NCBI GenBank assembly: GCA_943788985.1
Contig: CALSSJ010000012.1
Location: 171,679 to 235,678 of the forward strand
Origin: an uncultured Lentisphaerales bacterium
GTDB taxonomy: Bacteria > Verrucomicrobiota > Lentisphaeria > JABSQK01 > UBA12247
Length of the DNA: 64,000 bases
Direction of reading: 5' to 3'
This document shows positions 49,327-59,927 of this stretch, in pieces. Both the position numbers and the translations under genes were made by a program. The stretch's first letter is position 1; each line of letters opens with the position of its first letter. Under the pieces are notes generated by a model. That model saw only the letters and a program-made list of their open reading frames with translations. It searched no databases and was not told the DNA's origin.

Positions 49327-50082
49327 TGCGGTCGCGGAGTGGTTTCTGAAGGTGTTTTTTAGGTCGACCCGACCGTCGCCACAGCCGCCGTTCCCGGCTG
49401 AGCGCACGCCGACGCCATGGAGATCTTCGGTGCCTTTCCGGGCATAGGGATCTTCTCCGGCGACCAGGACGATGTCGCGAAAGTCCCTCCGTCCCCGAGG
49501 CAAGATGCTGCTGGCGCTCATATAGTGATTGACGGGGACGCGGCGAAAGGTCCCGGCGGGGGCACTGTTAGGCTGTGATTTGTGCAGGAGATAGCCGTTG
49601 AAAAAGAAGATGCTGCCAGCACTCACTTCGACCGGAACAGCTTTCTGCTCCTGATCGTGTGGAAAGTTATAGGACATGACGTTGCAGTCGTAATCCGGGT
49701 CATTGTGCGGGTACTGGGAATAAAGGACACCGGGACGATGGGAGCGGGGAATGACCCAGAGGCAGCCGTTCTGTACGGTGGCGTCATCGATGGCAATCCA
49801 GGCGCCGGTGAGCGAGCGGTCGCGGGTGGGAATGTAGTCTTCGTCCTGATGTCAGGCTGGGCCGGGCTTGCCAGCAGACTTGACGAACTGCATCGATTAC
49901 CTGGACTTTATGTTGGGACCGATCACGTGCGTTAAGGCTTTGACAATGGCCGGGTGGGCCAGGTGCCGGTGCAGCGTTTCTGAAATCTTGTGGGGATTAT
50001 GGATGCAAAGAAATTGGGAGATTAACTCCTGCGCCGGTATGGAGGCAAGCATCTCCGGAGACACGCCGCCTTCAACGACCAA
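49291..50082 (-). pseudogene. Phytanoyl-CoA dioxygenase (PhyH) family gene with two in-frame nonsense codons
   Basis: A single frame reads …HVIGPNIKSR-TAA-SMQFVKSAGKPGPA-TGA-HQDEDYIP…LTGAWIAIDDATVQNGCLWVIPRSHR…SIFFFNGYLLHKS… The TGA sits where the conserved Trp of the W-H-x-D iron motif is expected (TGG to TGA). The TAA is at 49897-49899 and the TGA at 49852-49854. Confidence 0.6.
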
Positions 50083-50219
50083 GTAGCCGCTTCCTTAAGG
50101 AAAGTTCGCGGCGTCTTCGCCGAGGCTCGAGACCGTAAATGTGCCGGGAGTTTTGGTGTAGGTCACAGAGGGACTTCTTCTTCTGAAAACTGAGTAGGAA
50201 GAGAGTTGGGCTAGCGAGC

Positions 50220-51488
50220 TTATTGTCCGGGCTTGTCCCCGAAACAGAAGAGGGTGGTGTGATTGCGAATGAGTACCCGCCCATCGACCACTACGGGGCT
50301 GGCTGCGATTGAGCCAGGGATGCGCCCAGTGGTGATGTCCTTGAGGCCATCTTTGGTGACGGTGCCGCAGAAGAGGGTGCCGTCGGTCGCTGCGCAGTAG
50401 AGCTTGTCTCCGGCTAGAACGGGAGAAGAGAAGAAGCGGATCCTCTCGATTGGAAGCTGTGATTGCCAGTGCACTTTCCCGGAGGCAGCCTCGAGGCAAC
50501 TGACTTGGCCACGATCGCCAAGCAGGTAAACGAGGCCCCCGCGCGAGGTCGGTGACGCGACATCCGATCCTATCGAATCCTTCTGCCAGAGGCCACCGCC
50601 AGTTCCCGGATCCGTGGTCTCACCTAGCCGTGTTCCAGCCAGGCTGCGGCCGCGGGCAAAAGGAATGATCGCGACGCTATCGGCGATAACCGGGGAGGCA
50701 ATGACACGCCAGTTATGCTTGCCTCGCGGATTGTAGCTGCCCGCGTGCCAGAGTAATTCGCCTGTATCTGCGGCGTTTCCGGAGAGATGGTCTGCGGCCC
50801 AGCAGATGATGGTCTCGCGACCGTTTACATCCATGACGATAGGCGTGGTGTATGCGTCGTAGGATTCCTCGACTGAATCGAAGGTGCGCGCGATCTTCCA
50901 CACTTCTTTTCCCGTCTCGCAGTCGAGGCTGGCCAGATAGGAGCCTCCGCCGTTCTGGAGGACGGCAATCACCAGCTTGCCGTCAGCTAGGACTGGGGAC
51001 GTGCCGAGATCCCAGCCGAGCGTATCCTCACCGTAGCGCTTCTGGAGGTTTACTTCCCATTTCAGTGTGCCAGTCAGGGTGAGTGCGGCCACCTTTCCTG
51101 ACTTGAAATAGACGTAGATGCACGTGCCGTCGGTAATCGGGGAGGGGTTGCAACTACTGGCCGTCTTGTAGCGGGCTTGTACGCTTTTTCCAAAGCGATG
51201 GCGCCAGATTTCTTTGCGGTTGAAATCGTAACAGACAACGGTGTCCCGCCCGTCGATGTCGCAGGTGAGCATGATGTGCTCGTTCCAGACGATCGGGGTG
51301 GAAGAACCGAGGCCTGGTAACGGAAGCTTCCAGAGCAAGTTCTCATCGGGATTCAGTGTCGCCGGTGCGGCCGGATCGTCCACCGATCCGTTGGCGGTGG
51401 GGCCACGCCATTGCGGCCAGTTCGCGGCTGCTGCGGAACAGGTGACGAGGCTTAAGCAAAGGATGGAAGTCAGGATATGGGCCTTCAT
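50220..51488 (-). CDS. PQQ-like beta-propeller repeat protein (BamB/YVTN-type), secreted
   Basis: Signal peptide, NWPQWRGP…, and repeated 'G.V.A.D..TG..LW' blades. The ORF track extends to a start at 51590; the ATG at 51488 (MKAHILTS…) was chosen. Confidence 0.7.
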   Translation of the reverse strand: MKAHILTSILCLSLVTCSAAAANWPQWRGPTANGSVDDPAAPATLNPDENLLWKLPLPGLGSSTPIVWNEHIMLTCDIDGRDTVVCYDFNRKEIWRHRFGKSVQARYKTASSCNPSPITDGTCIYVYFKSGKVAALTLTGTLKWEVNLQKRYGEDTLGWDLGTSPVLADGKLVIAVLQNGGGSYLASLDCETGKEVWKIARTFDSVEESYDAYTTPIVMDVNGRETIICWAADHLSGNAADTGELLWHAGSYNPRGKHNWRVIASPVIADSVAIIPFARGRSLAGTRLGETTDPGTGGGLWQKDSIGSDVASPTSRGGLVYLLGDRGQVSCLEAASGKVHWQSQLPIERIRFFSSPVLAGDKLYCAATDGTLFCGTVTKDGLKDITTGRIPGSIAASPVVVDGRVLIRNHTTLFCFGDKPGQ

Positions 51489-51879
51489 AAGGATCTCGCA
51501 GGAGCAGGGGGAGTCGCAGGAACCGCGATAGTGTAGCGCGTCCGGTAGACTGGGCAAGTTAGCAGCGGCTGGTGCGCTGCTGCCCCGCATGGGAGACAGC
51601 TAACGCTGATGAACGCCAACGAGGCCGCCGTAACTCTTTCCGGAATGGGATATCCACGAAAGATCAGTGGTGTTCGCGACCTGGCGCGTTAGCTTTCCAG
51701 CTGGTAACATTCACGGGAATCTACTGCGAGGCCGTAATGCACTCACTCTCAACAACTTGCGTTGTTCGCCGAATTCGACGTATCTTGAGAGGACTTCATT
51801 CGCCTCACTGCCGCAAAATGCTGGTGGCAAGCCCGTCACAGCCTCTCGCGACGAATGGCATGAATGATTCCGGCTAACC

Positions 51880-52584
51880 ATGGATCGAATCACACACATC
51901 ACTTTCGACGCTGGCGGAACACTGCTCTATCCGTATCCTTCAGTCGGCGAGATCTATGCTGAGTATATGGGCCGGCATGGGCTGCACTTGGCACCGGCGT
52001 GCATCGAGGCTGCATTTAGCCGGACGATCAAGGCCGCTCAGAGTCAGACCCGCATGGCGGTGACGGATCACGACGACAAAGAGTGGTGGCGGCAAGTGGT
52101 GGCAGAAACAATTGCGGATCTTGGGACCGTCGACGATTTTGACGCGCTGTTCGAGGAGCTGTGGGTTGCCTTTGCCGAGCCCCGCTACTGGCGCCTTTTT
52201 GAGGGCGCGGCGGATACTCTGGCTGCCTTGAAAGGGCAGGGGTATCAGCTCGCCATCCTGTCGAATTGGGACAAGCGCTTGCGGACTCTGCTCGATGGTT
52301 TTGGCCTATCGCAGTACTTCACTCACGTCGTGATTTCGGCGGAAGTTGGGATCGAGAAGCCTGCTGCGGAGATCTTCCAGCATACGGAACGTGAGCTGGC
52401 CACCGCGCCGGAGACTATTCTGCATATAGGGGACAGCCGCCGGCACGATCAGGCGGGTGCCGAAGCTGCAGGCTGGCAGTGGTTGCTGATCGACCATGGC
52501 GAGGGCACGAGCACTCCAGATACGCTGGCGAACCTGCCGGAGTTGCTCGAGCGGCTCGGCGGCAAGGGGGCTCGAAGCCAGTGA
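51880..52584 (+). CDS. HAD-family hydrolase (subfamily IA)
   Basis: Motif I ITFDAGGTL, motif II ILSNW, and motif III/IV K…GDSRRHD. Confidence 0.8.
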   Translation: MDRITHITFDAGGTLLYPYPSVGEIYAEYMGRHGLHLAPACIEAAFSRTIKAAQSQTRMAVTDHDDKEWWRQVVAETIADLGTVDDFDALFEELWVAFAEPRYWRLFEGAADTLAALKGQGYQLAILSNWDKRLRTLLDGFGLSQYFTHVVISAEVGIEKPAAEIFQHTERELATAPETILHIGDSRRHDQAGAEAAGWQWLLIDHGEGTSTPDTLANLPELLERLGGKGARSQ

Positions 52585-52699
52585 GTTCCGGGCAAAGATC
52601 AGCGAGGGCATTTTTGCCTGTGGGCACCCCGCGTTGCTGGAGGCGCGAAGCCGACGATTCATACTGCGGCAGCTTCGGGCTTGGTAGCGATCGTTCGCG

Positions 52700-53923
52700 T
52701 CTTTTCGGATGCGGACCCCGCAGCAGTGAATCATCTGGGTGGTGATGGCGGTAGGCCGTTTAATTTTGCCCGGAGCGTGGACGTGGTCCAGCTGCTGATG
52801 GTACGAAATTCCTGCTCTGCGCTCGGGCGAAACCAGACATCTTTTGGGCGGTGGCGCTCGTCGATGTCGTGCCGACGCGAGAGGCTATTGCCGCGAATCC
52901 GGACTGCGTCTGCTACCGCATTAGCGTACACTCAGGGCCGTTTCCGGGCATCGGCTTTGAGGGCAAGGGCGAGAGCATTCTGCAGTGGCGGCTCGGTTTT
53001 TACCGCGAGGCATACGACTTGATGATCGCTGCCACCGGTCGTTACGGCGTGGCAAAGCAGATGGGCAATCAGGGGGATTCGCCCGGCCAACTATTCCAGT
53101 TTGAGGCTTGGCAGGAAGCCGGAAGGATTGAGGATGTCACTCGCGCAGACTCGTACGCGAACAAATGGCGCCGCTAGCACCAATGGGACGCATCCCCGTT
53201 GCGGTGGAATTGCCAAAGTCCATGAACTAGGACCTATGGCTGGGGACGACGCGTGAGACGACGTTCAGTTCGAAGTTCCACCCCGGGAACTGGCGCGGCT
53301 GGGATCGATATGGCTGCGGTTGCCTTGGCGACTCGGTGCCGTACATCGTCGATACCGTTCATCGCTCCCCAGAGTTGGGGCCGCTGGAGAAGATTGAGCT
53401 TCCCTCATTGGTGCAGCCCAACCAGTCCATCTATCCGCTGGCGAGCACTTTAAAGTTTGGCTGTCCCGCGCGAAGCGAGGATCCTGCGATGACGCTCAGT
53501 TGGTACGATGGGCACGGCAAGACGCCGCCTATCCCCGTTGCGTTTGCCGGTCGCGACACCAACTGAGAGCCGGGCAAGTTTATCTACGCGAAGGGGCACA
53601 TCCTGCAGCGGGACCATCCCGGGAGGCGGTTGCAGATCATCCTGTACGAGAAGATGCGCGAGATGTTGGAGGCTGGCACCATGCCGAAGGATTTCAGTAA
53701 GAATTCGGATCACTACGCGAACTTCCTGCTTGCTTTTCGCGGGGACGAGGAGCCCTACTCGCCATTCTCGGTGTCCGGACTGCGATCGCAGATGTTGGCC
53801 CTAGCCCGAGTTGCGAACTGCAATTCGGATTTTGCGGAATTGTGGGCATCTTTTCTACGGCTTCTCGGTCACAGTCCGGAGAACGAGCTTCGTAGTTACT
53901 GCAACGTCAACTGCTTTCCTTGA
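52700..53923 (+). pseudogene. Fragmented remnant of a planctomycete-type Gfo/Idh/MocA (GH109-like) oxidoreductase
   Basis: Fragments are spread across frames: …TLSWYDGHGKTPP… (cf. family 'ltWYDGG.kPP') and …SDHYANFLLAFRGDEEPYSPFSVSGLRSQMLALARVAN… (cf. 'HY.eWidAckgg.p..S.F.yaGpLtE.vLLGnvA'). No intact Rossmann N-terminus was found. Confidence 0.35.
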
Positions 53924-54163
53924 AGTCGCGACATGACGGTGCCATCGCATTTTCATGTACTTCGCCACACGCACATCTCGAGGCAAACAGATCCTGCAAC
54001 TGCTTGAGTCCTACCGCAATGCAGACAGCCAACCACGCAACCGCGTGGTCCCATCTTTGTACCTGCAACGGCACGCAATTGGTCGCGAGTTCTGTGACGA
54101 TGTGACGCTCGAAGACAACCGCGCCCCTGGCTTTGCGGGCGGCTCAGGGGAGCGAGGGGAGAT

Positions 54164-54239
54164 GGTACCCGGGAGAGGAATCGAACCTCCGGCACAGAGT
54201 TTAGGAAACTCCTGCTCTATCCACTGAGCTACCCGGGTG
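54164..54239 (-). tRNA. tRNA-Arg (anticodon CCT; CCA encoded)
   Basis: The minus-strand sequence ACCCGGGTAGCTCAGTGGATAGAGCAGGAGTTTCCTAAACTCTGTGCCGGAGGTTCGATTCCTCTCCCGGGTACCA folds into a cloverleaf. It has a 7-bp acceptor stem (A1:T72), D-arm GCTC/GAGC, anticodon stem GGAGT/ACTCT with loop TTCCTAA, a 5-nt variable loop, and T-arm GGAGG-TTCGATT-CCTCT. Confidence 0.85.
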
Positions 54240-54408
54240 CCTGTTGCGGCGGACTACAGCCGCGATGGTAAGGAAAGTAGTCACGAACCGCACCTTTGCA
54301 ATCGCATGTCACGCGGTCGCGCGAGCGAGGGCTTGCGGTTAGGCGGATTCTTCGTATGGTACCATGCCAGTTAGTGCGTATGAATGATTCTTCCCTGAGG
54401 TTCCTGAA

Positions 54409-56496
54409 GTGAAACGATTTATAGTGATTTTTTCTATCTGCCTGGCTAGCGTATGGCTGCAGGCTGAGCCTGTGCGCTTGGATGTTGCGCGGGCATTACG
54501 TCATGTCTCTGATGCCATCGTGCTGGTCACGATGGATACCGGAATCCTGGAACAGCACGCCCCGGGCCTGATTTTCGAGCGGATAGATAACCGCGTTTAC
54601 ATCGTCACCGACGCTGCTGTTGTGCAGACTCCGGAAGGGCAGGGCATTCACCGTGTCTGGGTGCGCTATAATGATCGCGGTATCTCCAAAGCCGATCTTT
54701 TGGACGATCAGTTCGCCGATGGCCTGGCACTGCTGGAAGCGACCTTTCGGCATCCGCATAATCCGCTCGAACAGTCAGAGCGCCATACGCGGGAGGACGT
54801 TATCACCGGCTACCTGTGGGGCTATCCGCTTTCGGATCCGGCCGTGAGACGTCTGCTGACTAAGGGCGGCGGGCTTGGCGCAAGCTGGGCCATTTCAGAC
54901 TTCCAACCCACTCGTGATTTGCTTGGGCAGGTAGAATCTTTTCACATCGCCTATCGCCCGGTGGCCGGCGAAATCGACGGCACGCCAGGAACTGTGGCTG
55001 TGGATCGCTTCGGCGATGCGGTTGGTGTCGTCTCGGTGCTCGAGCCCACTGCGGACCAATCTCTGACGATCACGCCGATTCAGGACATTCGCGCGTCGCT
55101 GAAGGGCATCGTTCGCGAACTGTCGTTCGAGCCTATTCGCGGGCGCCGCGGCTATTTTCGAGTAAATGGCCGCACCGCGGACCCATGCCGTCGCGTAGGG
55201 GCCGTGATCCTAACGTCCAAGCGCTGGCAGCGCGACCAGGCGATGCCGCTCCAACAAGCTGATGGCTTCTGGCCACGGATGGCCCACGATGCCCGCGAGC
55301 AACAGCTGGATCTGGACGGAAACATCATCAGCGGCGAAATTCGCCTGCGTCCCAGCAGTGATGCCGACGAGGCACATCTCTGCCAGATTAAGCTGCTCTA
55401 CGGAGATCGCCAACCCTCGTTCTGCCAACCGCAGGTAGTCCACCTGTGGGGCGAACTGCCCGATAACAGCAATTGGTTTGCCCAGGATTACAGCGAGCAC
55501 ATGGAGCTGCGTGCTTCAGACGTTCGCGCCGGGCCGGTGGAGACAGTAAACAAGGTATCACTAGATGGCCGCAGCATCATTCGTCCCATGATCTGGTCGG
55601 CAGATGACCGGAACGTGCTGCTGCTGCACCGCACTGGCATTCTCGAAGAGCGAACGTTGCCTGACCTGGGCGTCAGCCGGACGTTGAAGCTGGGGCGTCG
55701 TCCTGTGGACATGGCCCGCACTAAGCTGGGCCTAGCCATTCTTGTCGATGATGCTGTCCTCTGGATTGTGGACGAGAGAAGCTTGAAAGTAACCCGCCGC
55801 ATTCCTGTTCCCGGTGCCCGGGCCATTGAAGGCAATGCGAGTAGCTACGACGTCTTGGTGCTGACCGCAGATAGGGACCAGATCGACATCGTCAGCCTGG
55901 CAGGGCAGGGCACCAAAGTGCTGACTGCTAAGGAGCTGTGGATGGGCCAGAAGAGCTGGGTGCGTAAGCACGAGGCGGCCGAGGGGCACACACTCGCCGA
56001 GTTCTCCGACTTCTCCTTGGCCCCGGACGGCCGCCAGCTGCTGGTGCGGTCCAACCATTGCCTGCATCGATTCGTGTTCGAGTACCGCAGCCTCCACTAC
56101 AAGGAAATGGGGCCGCCGATCGGCGAGGAGCCCGGTCGCCTCGTCTTTACGCGCGATTCTGCGTCCTTCGGCTTCGTCAATGTCAGCGATCAGCTGCTGC
56201 CCGCGCATCCTCCTGTCGGTTTTGGGAGCTATATCTACGCCACCCGCAACATTCAGGCACCGGTCCTGACTCTAAACTATGGCGCGATGCCTCGCGTGGT
56301 TGCTTTCAACGAAGGCATTATCTACGCCCAGAACAAGGACCAGAGAATGATTCGCTACGCACCGCGCGTCGGTGTCCGTGATGGCTATCGGTTTGATACG
56401 CGCGGTCGTACGCTCGACATTCTGCCGGTTCCCACGAGTGAGTCCGAGGAAGTTGTCATCTTGAGCGAGTCTGACCTGCTCTGGGTTTCCTTCTAA
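54409..56496 (+). CDS. Secreted hypothetical protein (695 aa; N-terminal trypsin-fold-like region lacking a canonical GDSGG, then a beta-rich domain)
   Basis: Signal peptide. …YIVTDAAVV…, GEIDGTPGTVAVDRFGDAVGVVS resembles the protease 'GDSGGP…G.lvGi.s' block but without the Ser. Confidence 0.4.
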   Translation: MKRFIVIFSICLASVWLQAEPVRLDVARALRHVSDAIVLVTMDTGILEQHAPGLIFERIDNRVYIVTDAAVVQTPEGQGIHRVWVRYNDRGISKADLLDDQFADGLALLEATFRHPHNPLEQSERHTREDVITGYLWGYPLSDPAVRRLLTKGGGLGASWAISDFQPTRDLLGQVESFHIAYRPVAGEIDGTPGTVAVDRFGDAVGVVSVLEPTADQSLTITPIQDIRASLKGIVRELSFEPIRGRRGYFRVNGRTADPCRRVGAVILTSKRWQRDQAMPLQQADGFWPRMAHDAREQQLDLDGNIISGEIRLRPSSDADEAHLCQIKLLYGDRQPSFCQPQVVHLWGELPDNSNWFAQDYSEHMELRASDVRAGPVETVNKVSLDGRSIIRPMIWSADDRNVLLLHRTGILEERTLPDLGVSRTLKLGRRPVDMARTKLGLAILVDDAVLWIVDERSLKVTRRIPVPGARAIEGNASSYDVLVLTADRDQIDIVSLAGQGTKVLTAKELWMGQKSWVRKHEAAEGHTLAEFSDFSLAPDGRQLLVRSNHCLHRFVFEYRSLHYKEMGPPIGEEPGRLVFTRDSASFGFVNVSDQLLPAHPPVGFGSYIYATRNIQAPVLTLNYGAMPRVVAFNEGIIYAQNKDQRMIRYAPRVGVRDGYRFDTRGRTLDILPVPTSESEEVVILSESDLLWVSF

Positions 56497-56556
56497 GAGC
56501 CATCCTGTAACGCCCCCGCAACCCAACCGCGTTGCGGCAAGACTGCGGCAGCTATT

Positions 56557-57981
56557 ATGAGCTCTCCTCTCCTTCATAAGCCCCTTTGGCGTCCCGCCGA
56601 TCTCGGGCAGCCAATCCCTAGTTGGCCACATGCGACCAGTGTCTGCCTGCCGACCTGGGCCGATAATGTCGGCTACGAGGAGGGCGAGGAGCGTGTGCTC
56701 AGCCAGTTGCGCTGCGGTTATCCACGCTTTGTCCTACACCGCTGGACTGAGGAACTGCATCAGGTTGCAGCGACAACCCTGGGGACTGACATGGCCCGCG
56801 TATTTGGCGTCGAAGCCACTGCTTGCCGGGCCGCAGCGTATATCGGCGGTGCCACCGTGCGCGAGTTTCGCGGGGCCTGGGCCGTTGGGTTTGCGGAGTC
56901 CGCAAAAGAAAGGGCCAAGCAGTTTTGGCAGCACGGGGGCGAGGGGGTCTCCTGGCGCCAAGCGAGAGCCTTGCTGGACGGCGTGTATGTTGCGGAGTTC
57001 GCGGGCGCAGACGCCCGGTCAGCGATTGCGGACCTTGCAGGCGTTCCAGCCGCTGATGTCTTTCTATTCAGCAGCGGCATGGCTGCCGTGTATGCGGCCT
57101 GGCGTTGCGTGACCGACGGCGACGCGCCGACCATTCAGTTTGGCTTTCCGTACATCGACACGCTGAAGATTCAGCAGCGGTTTGGCAATGCCTCGCAGTT
57201 TTTTGCGAACTGCGCAACGGCCGACCATGTAGCCTTGGAGTCGCTGGAGAGCGCCTCGGCGGTGTTCTGCGAAGTGCCGGCCAACCCGCTGTTGCAGATG
57301 CCGGACGTGCCGCGTCTCGCGCGTTGGTGTCGCGAGCGGGGCGTGCCATTGGTGGTGGATGACACCGTTGCGACATTCGCAAATGTAGACCTGCTGCCGC
57401 ACGCAGACCTGATCGCTTCAAGCTTGACCAAGTTTGTCTCCGGGCTCGGAGATGTAATGGCTGGCTCACTGATTTTAAATCCTCGCTCCGCGCATTATGC
57501 ACGGCTTCGCGCGCGGCTAGCTGCGGAGTTCGCACCGTCGCTTTGGTGCGAGGATGCGGCCGTGCTGCGCAGGAATGCCGCCGGTTTTCAGCAGCGGATA
57601 ATGCGAATTAATCGAAACGGCGAGGCGCTGGCCGACTTTTTGTACGGGCACCCCGAGGTCGCCCGCGTCTACTATCCCAAGTATCAGGACCGTGCGCACT
57701 ACGATGCGTTGCTGCGCAAAGACGGCGGTTATGGCGGGTTGCTCTCGTTTCTATTGCGAACTCCGCAAGACGCCGAGGCCGTATATGACCGCCTGGAGGT
57801 TTGCAAAGGGCCCAGTTTAGGAACGGAATTTACCCTGGTCTCGCCCTACACCATTCTGGCGCATTACGATGAACTGGCGTTCGCTGAGTCATGTGGTGTA
57901 TCCCGGTACTTGCTGCGTGTGAGTGCGGGAATCGAACCTGATTTGATCGATCGGTTTGAAAAGGCCTTAAGCCTCCCGTAG
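56557..57981 (+). CDS. Cys/Met-metabolism PLP-dependent enzyme (trans-sulfuration family, cystathionine gamma-synthase/lyase-like)
   Basis: A PLP-lysine block [17 protein letters not shown] and fold-type I features. It sits upstream of cysK. Confidence 0.65.
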   Translation: MSSPLLHKPLWRPADLGQPIPSWPHATSVCLPTWADNVGYEEGEERVLSQLRCGYPRFVLHRWTEELHQVAATTLGTDMARVFGVEATACRAAAYIGGATVREFRGAWAVGFAESAKERAKQFWQHGGEGVSWRQARALLDGVYVAEFAGADARSAIADLAGVPAADVFLFSSGMAAVYAAWRCVTDGDAPTIQFGFPYIDTLKIQQRFGNASQFFANCATADHVALESLESASAVFCEVPANPLLQMPDVPRLARWCRERGVPLVVDDTVATFANVDLLPHADLIASSLTKFVSGLGDVMAGSLILNPRSAHYARLRARLAAEFAPSLWCEDAAVLRRNAAGFQQRIMRINRNGEALADFLYGHPEVARVYYPKYQDRAHYDALLRKDGGYGGLLSFLLRTPQDAEAVYDRLEVCKGPSLGTEFTLVSPYTILAHYDELAFAESCGVSRYLLRVSAGIEPDLIDRFEKALSLP

Positions 57982-58031
57982 ATTTGAGCCGTTACACTTT
58001 TTTCCTCACCCCCATCATCTGGAGCCTCTTC

Positions 58032-59003
58032 ATGGGTTACTCAGCAGACAATTCTCTTTCCATCGGCAACACCCCACTGGTTAAAATTAACCGTCTTCCG
58101 GGCGCTGATAAGGCCACCATCCTGGCCAAGATTGAAGGCCGGAACCCTGCCTACTCCGTGAAGTGCCGAATCGGTTCGAACATGATCTGGGACGCAGAGA
58201 AGAGCGGCAAGCTCAAGCCCGGCGGCCATATCGTGGAGCCAACCAGTGGCAATACTGGGATCGCCCTGGCGTACGTGGCAGCTTCGCGCGGCTACAAGCT
58301 GACTATCACGATGCCCGAGTCGATGAGCATCGAGCGTCGGAAAGTGCTGAGCGCACTTGGTGCAACCGTGGTGCTAACGCCTGCTGCGAAAGGGATGAAG
58401 GGCGCGATCAACAAGGCTGCGGAGATCGCAGCAAGCTCCGATGAGTATTTCATGCCCCAACAGTTTGAGAATCCGGCCAACCCCGAGATTCATGTCAAGA
58501 CCACTGGTCCGGAGATCTGGGCAGATACAAATGGCGAGATTGACATCCTGATCTCCGGCGTCGGCACCGGCGGTACGATCACCGGTGTGTCACGCTACAT
58601 CAAGAAGGAGAAGGGCAAGGCGATTACTTCGCTCGCCGTAGAGCCGGAAGAGAGCCCCGTGATTACGCAGGCACTCGCCGGTCAGGATCTGAAGCCTGGA
58701 CCCCACAAAATCCAAGGAATAGGAGCCGGGTTCATCCCGACAAACTTGGACCTGTCCGTCGTGGACGGCGTGGAGCAAGTCACAAGCGCCGATGCGATTG
58801 CTGTCTCCCGTGAGTTGGCCCGCCAGGAAGGGCTCCTCAGTGGGATTAGCTGTGGCGCTGCCATGGCCGCCGCGTCCAAGGTCGCCCAGCGCCCAGAGAA
58901 CGCCGGAAAGACCATTGTGGTGATTCTGCCCGACGCTGGCGAGCGTTACTTGAGTGGCGCCCTGTTTGACGGCGTGTTCGGCGATGACGGAATGGCTCTC
59001 TGA
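58032..59003 (+). CDS. cysK: Cysteine synthase A (O-acetylserine sulfhydrylase)
   Basis: IGNTPLV, the PLP-lysine block [17 protein letters not shown] and [14 protein letters not shown] lies 8 nt upstream of the ATG. Confidence 0.9.
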   Translation: MGYSADNSLSIGNTPLVKINRLPGADKATILAKIEGRNPAYSVKCRIGSNMIWDAEKSGKLKPGGHIVEPTSGNTGIALAYVAASRGYKLTITMPESMSIERRKVLSALGATVVLTPAAKGMKGAINKAAEIAASSDEYFMPQQFENPANPEIHVKTTGPEIWADTNGEIDILISGVGTGGTITGVSRYIKKEKGKAITSLAVEPEESPVITQALAGQDLKPGPHKIQGIGAGFIPTNLDLSVVDGVEQVTSADAIAVSRELARQEGLLSGISCGAAMAAASKVAQRPENAGKTIVVILPDAGERYLSGALFDGVFGDDGMAL

Positions 59004-59037
59004 GGACGGGGGAAACGGTGCCAGGGTCGGCGCTGAC

Positions 59038-59853
59038 ATGAAGCCTGTCCTCGGGATAACCGTTGAGCCCGATCAGGTCCATGACCTGATCGGGCAAGAG
59101 TCCTTCGGTCAGGCTTGGCATGGCTTCGAGCTGCCAGGCTTTGTGCTGGGAGACCGCACCTGGGATGAGACGCTCAGTCAGGTGCAGCGCGGGATCTCGC
59201 ACGTACGCGACATCCTGCCGGACGACGTCGCCCGCTATCTGCCAGAGACGGATACCACGGCTCGCCGTGCGATTCTGGACTCTCTGGTGGAGCAGCTTAA
59301 GCTGACTGTTGACTACGGGGTCAAGTGCTGTACGCTTGAACTGGGAATCGAGCGGATTGCTGTGGAACATCGGGAAGCAGCGTTGCTGGCGCGCGAGGAC
59401 TTAATCAAGCGACTGTTGCCGGTTGCGGATTCGCTCGATGTCTCGATCTGCCTGCCGCAACGCGAACCATGCACGCCACCGGGCGCGCATTTTGCGGAGT
59501 ACGCGACCCAGTTGGTGACCACGCTTGATCACGACGCCTGCAAGCTGACGCTAAACGTGTTCCCCAATGAGTTGCACACACTGACGGTGACTGAGTTGGT
59601 GCAGCGCAGCTATTCGCATGTAGGCGTCATCCGGTTTTTCTACGAGCCAGGTATCGGACTACGACTAGATCGCGAGCAGCAGCTAATCTGGGCGCGGGCA
59701 TTACATTTACGCCGTTATGATGGGCTGGTGGTGTTCTGTCCGCTGGTCAAGGATCGTGACAAATTTTGCTTTGAGGCTGATCAACTGCTGGGGCTGGTTC
59801 AAGAGATCTGGCTGGAGCAGAACCGGGAGTTCGACACGGTCGATGGCACCTGA
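59038..59853 (+). CDS. Hypothetical protein
   Basis: The ORF follows cysK. No motif was recognised. Confidence 0.4.
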   Translation: MKPVLGITVEPDQVHDLIGQESFGQAWHGFELPGFVLGDRTWDETLSQVQRGISHVRDILPDDVARYLPETDTTARRAILDSLVEQLKLTVDYGVKCCTLELGIERIAVEHREAALLAREDLIKRLLPVADSLDVSICLPQREPCTPPGAHFAEYATQLVTTLDHDACKLTLNVFPNELHTLTVTELVQRSYSHVGVIRFFYEPGIGLRLDREQQLIWARALHLRRYDGLVVFCPLVKDRDKFCFEADQLLGLVQEIWLEQNREFDTVDGT

Positions 59854-59927
59854 CCTGGATCATTCCTGAGATCTCGTCGTGAGAGCTCAGGACTTAATCA
59901 GGCTAAATAATTCTACAAGGAGAACGC

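Noticed and set aside
49852-49854. In-frame TGA in the PhyH gene read as selenocysteine
   Set aside because: A TAA also interrupts the same gene 14 codons upstream, and the TGA replaces a conserved Trp (TGG). A nonsense mutation is the simpler explanation.
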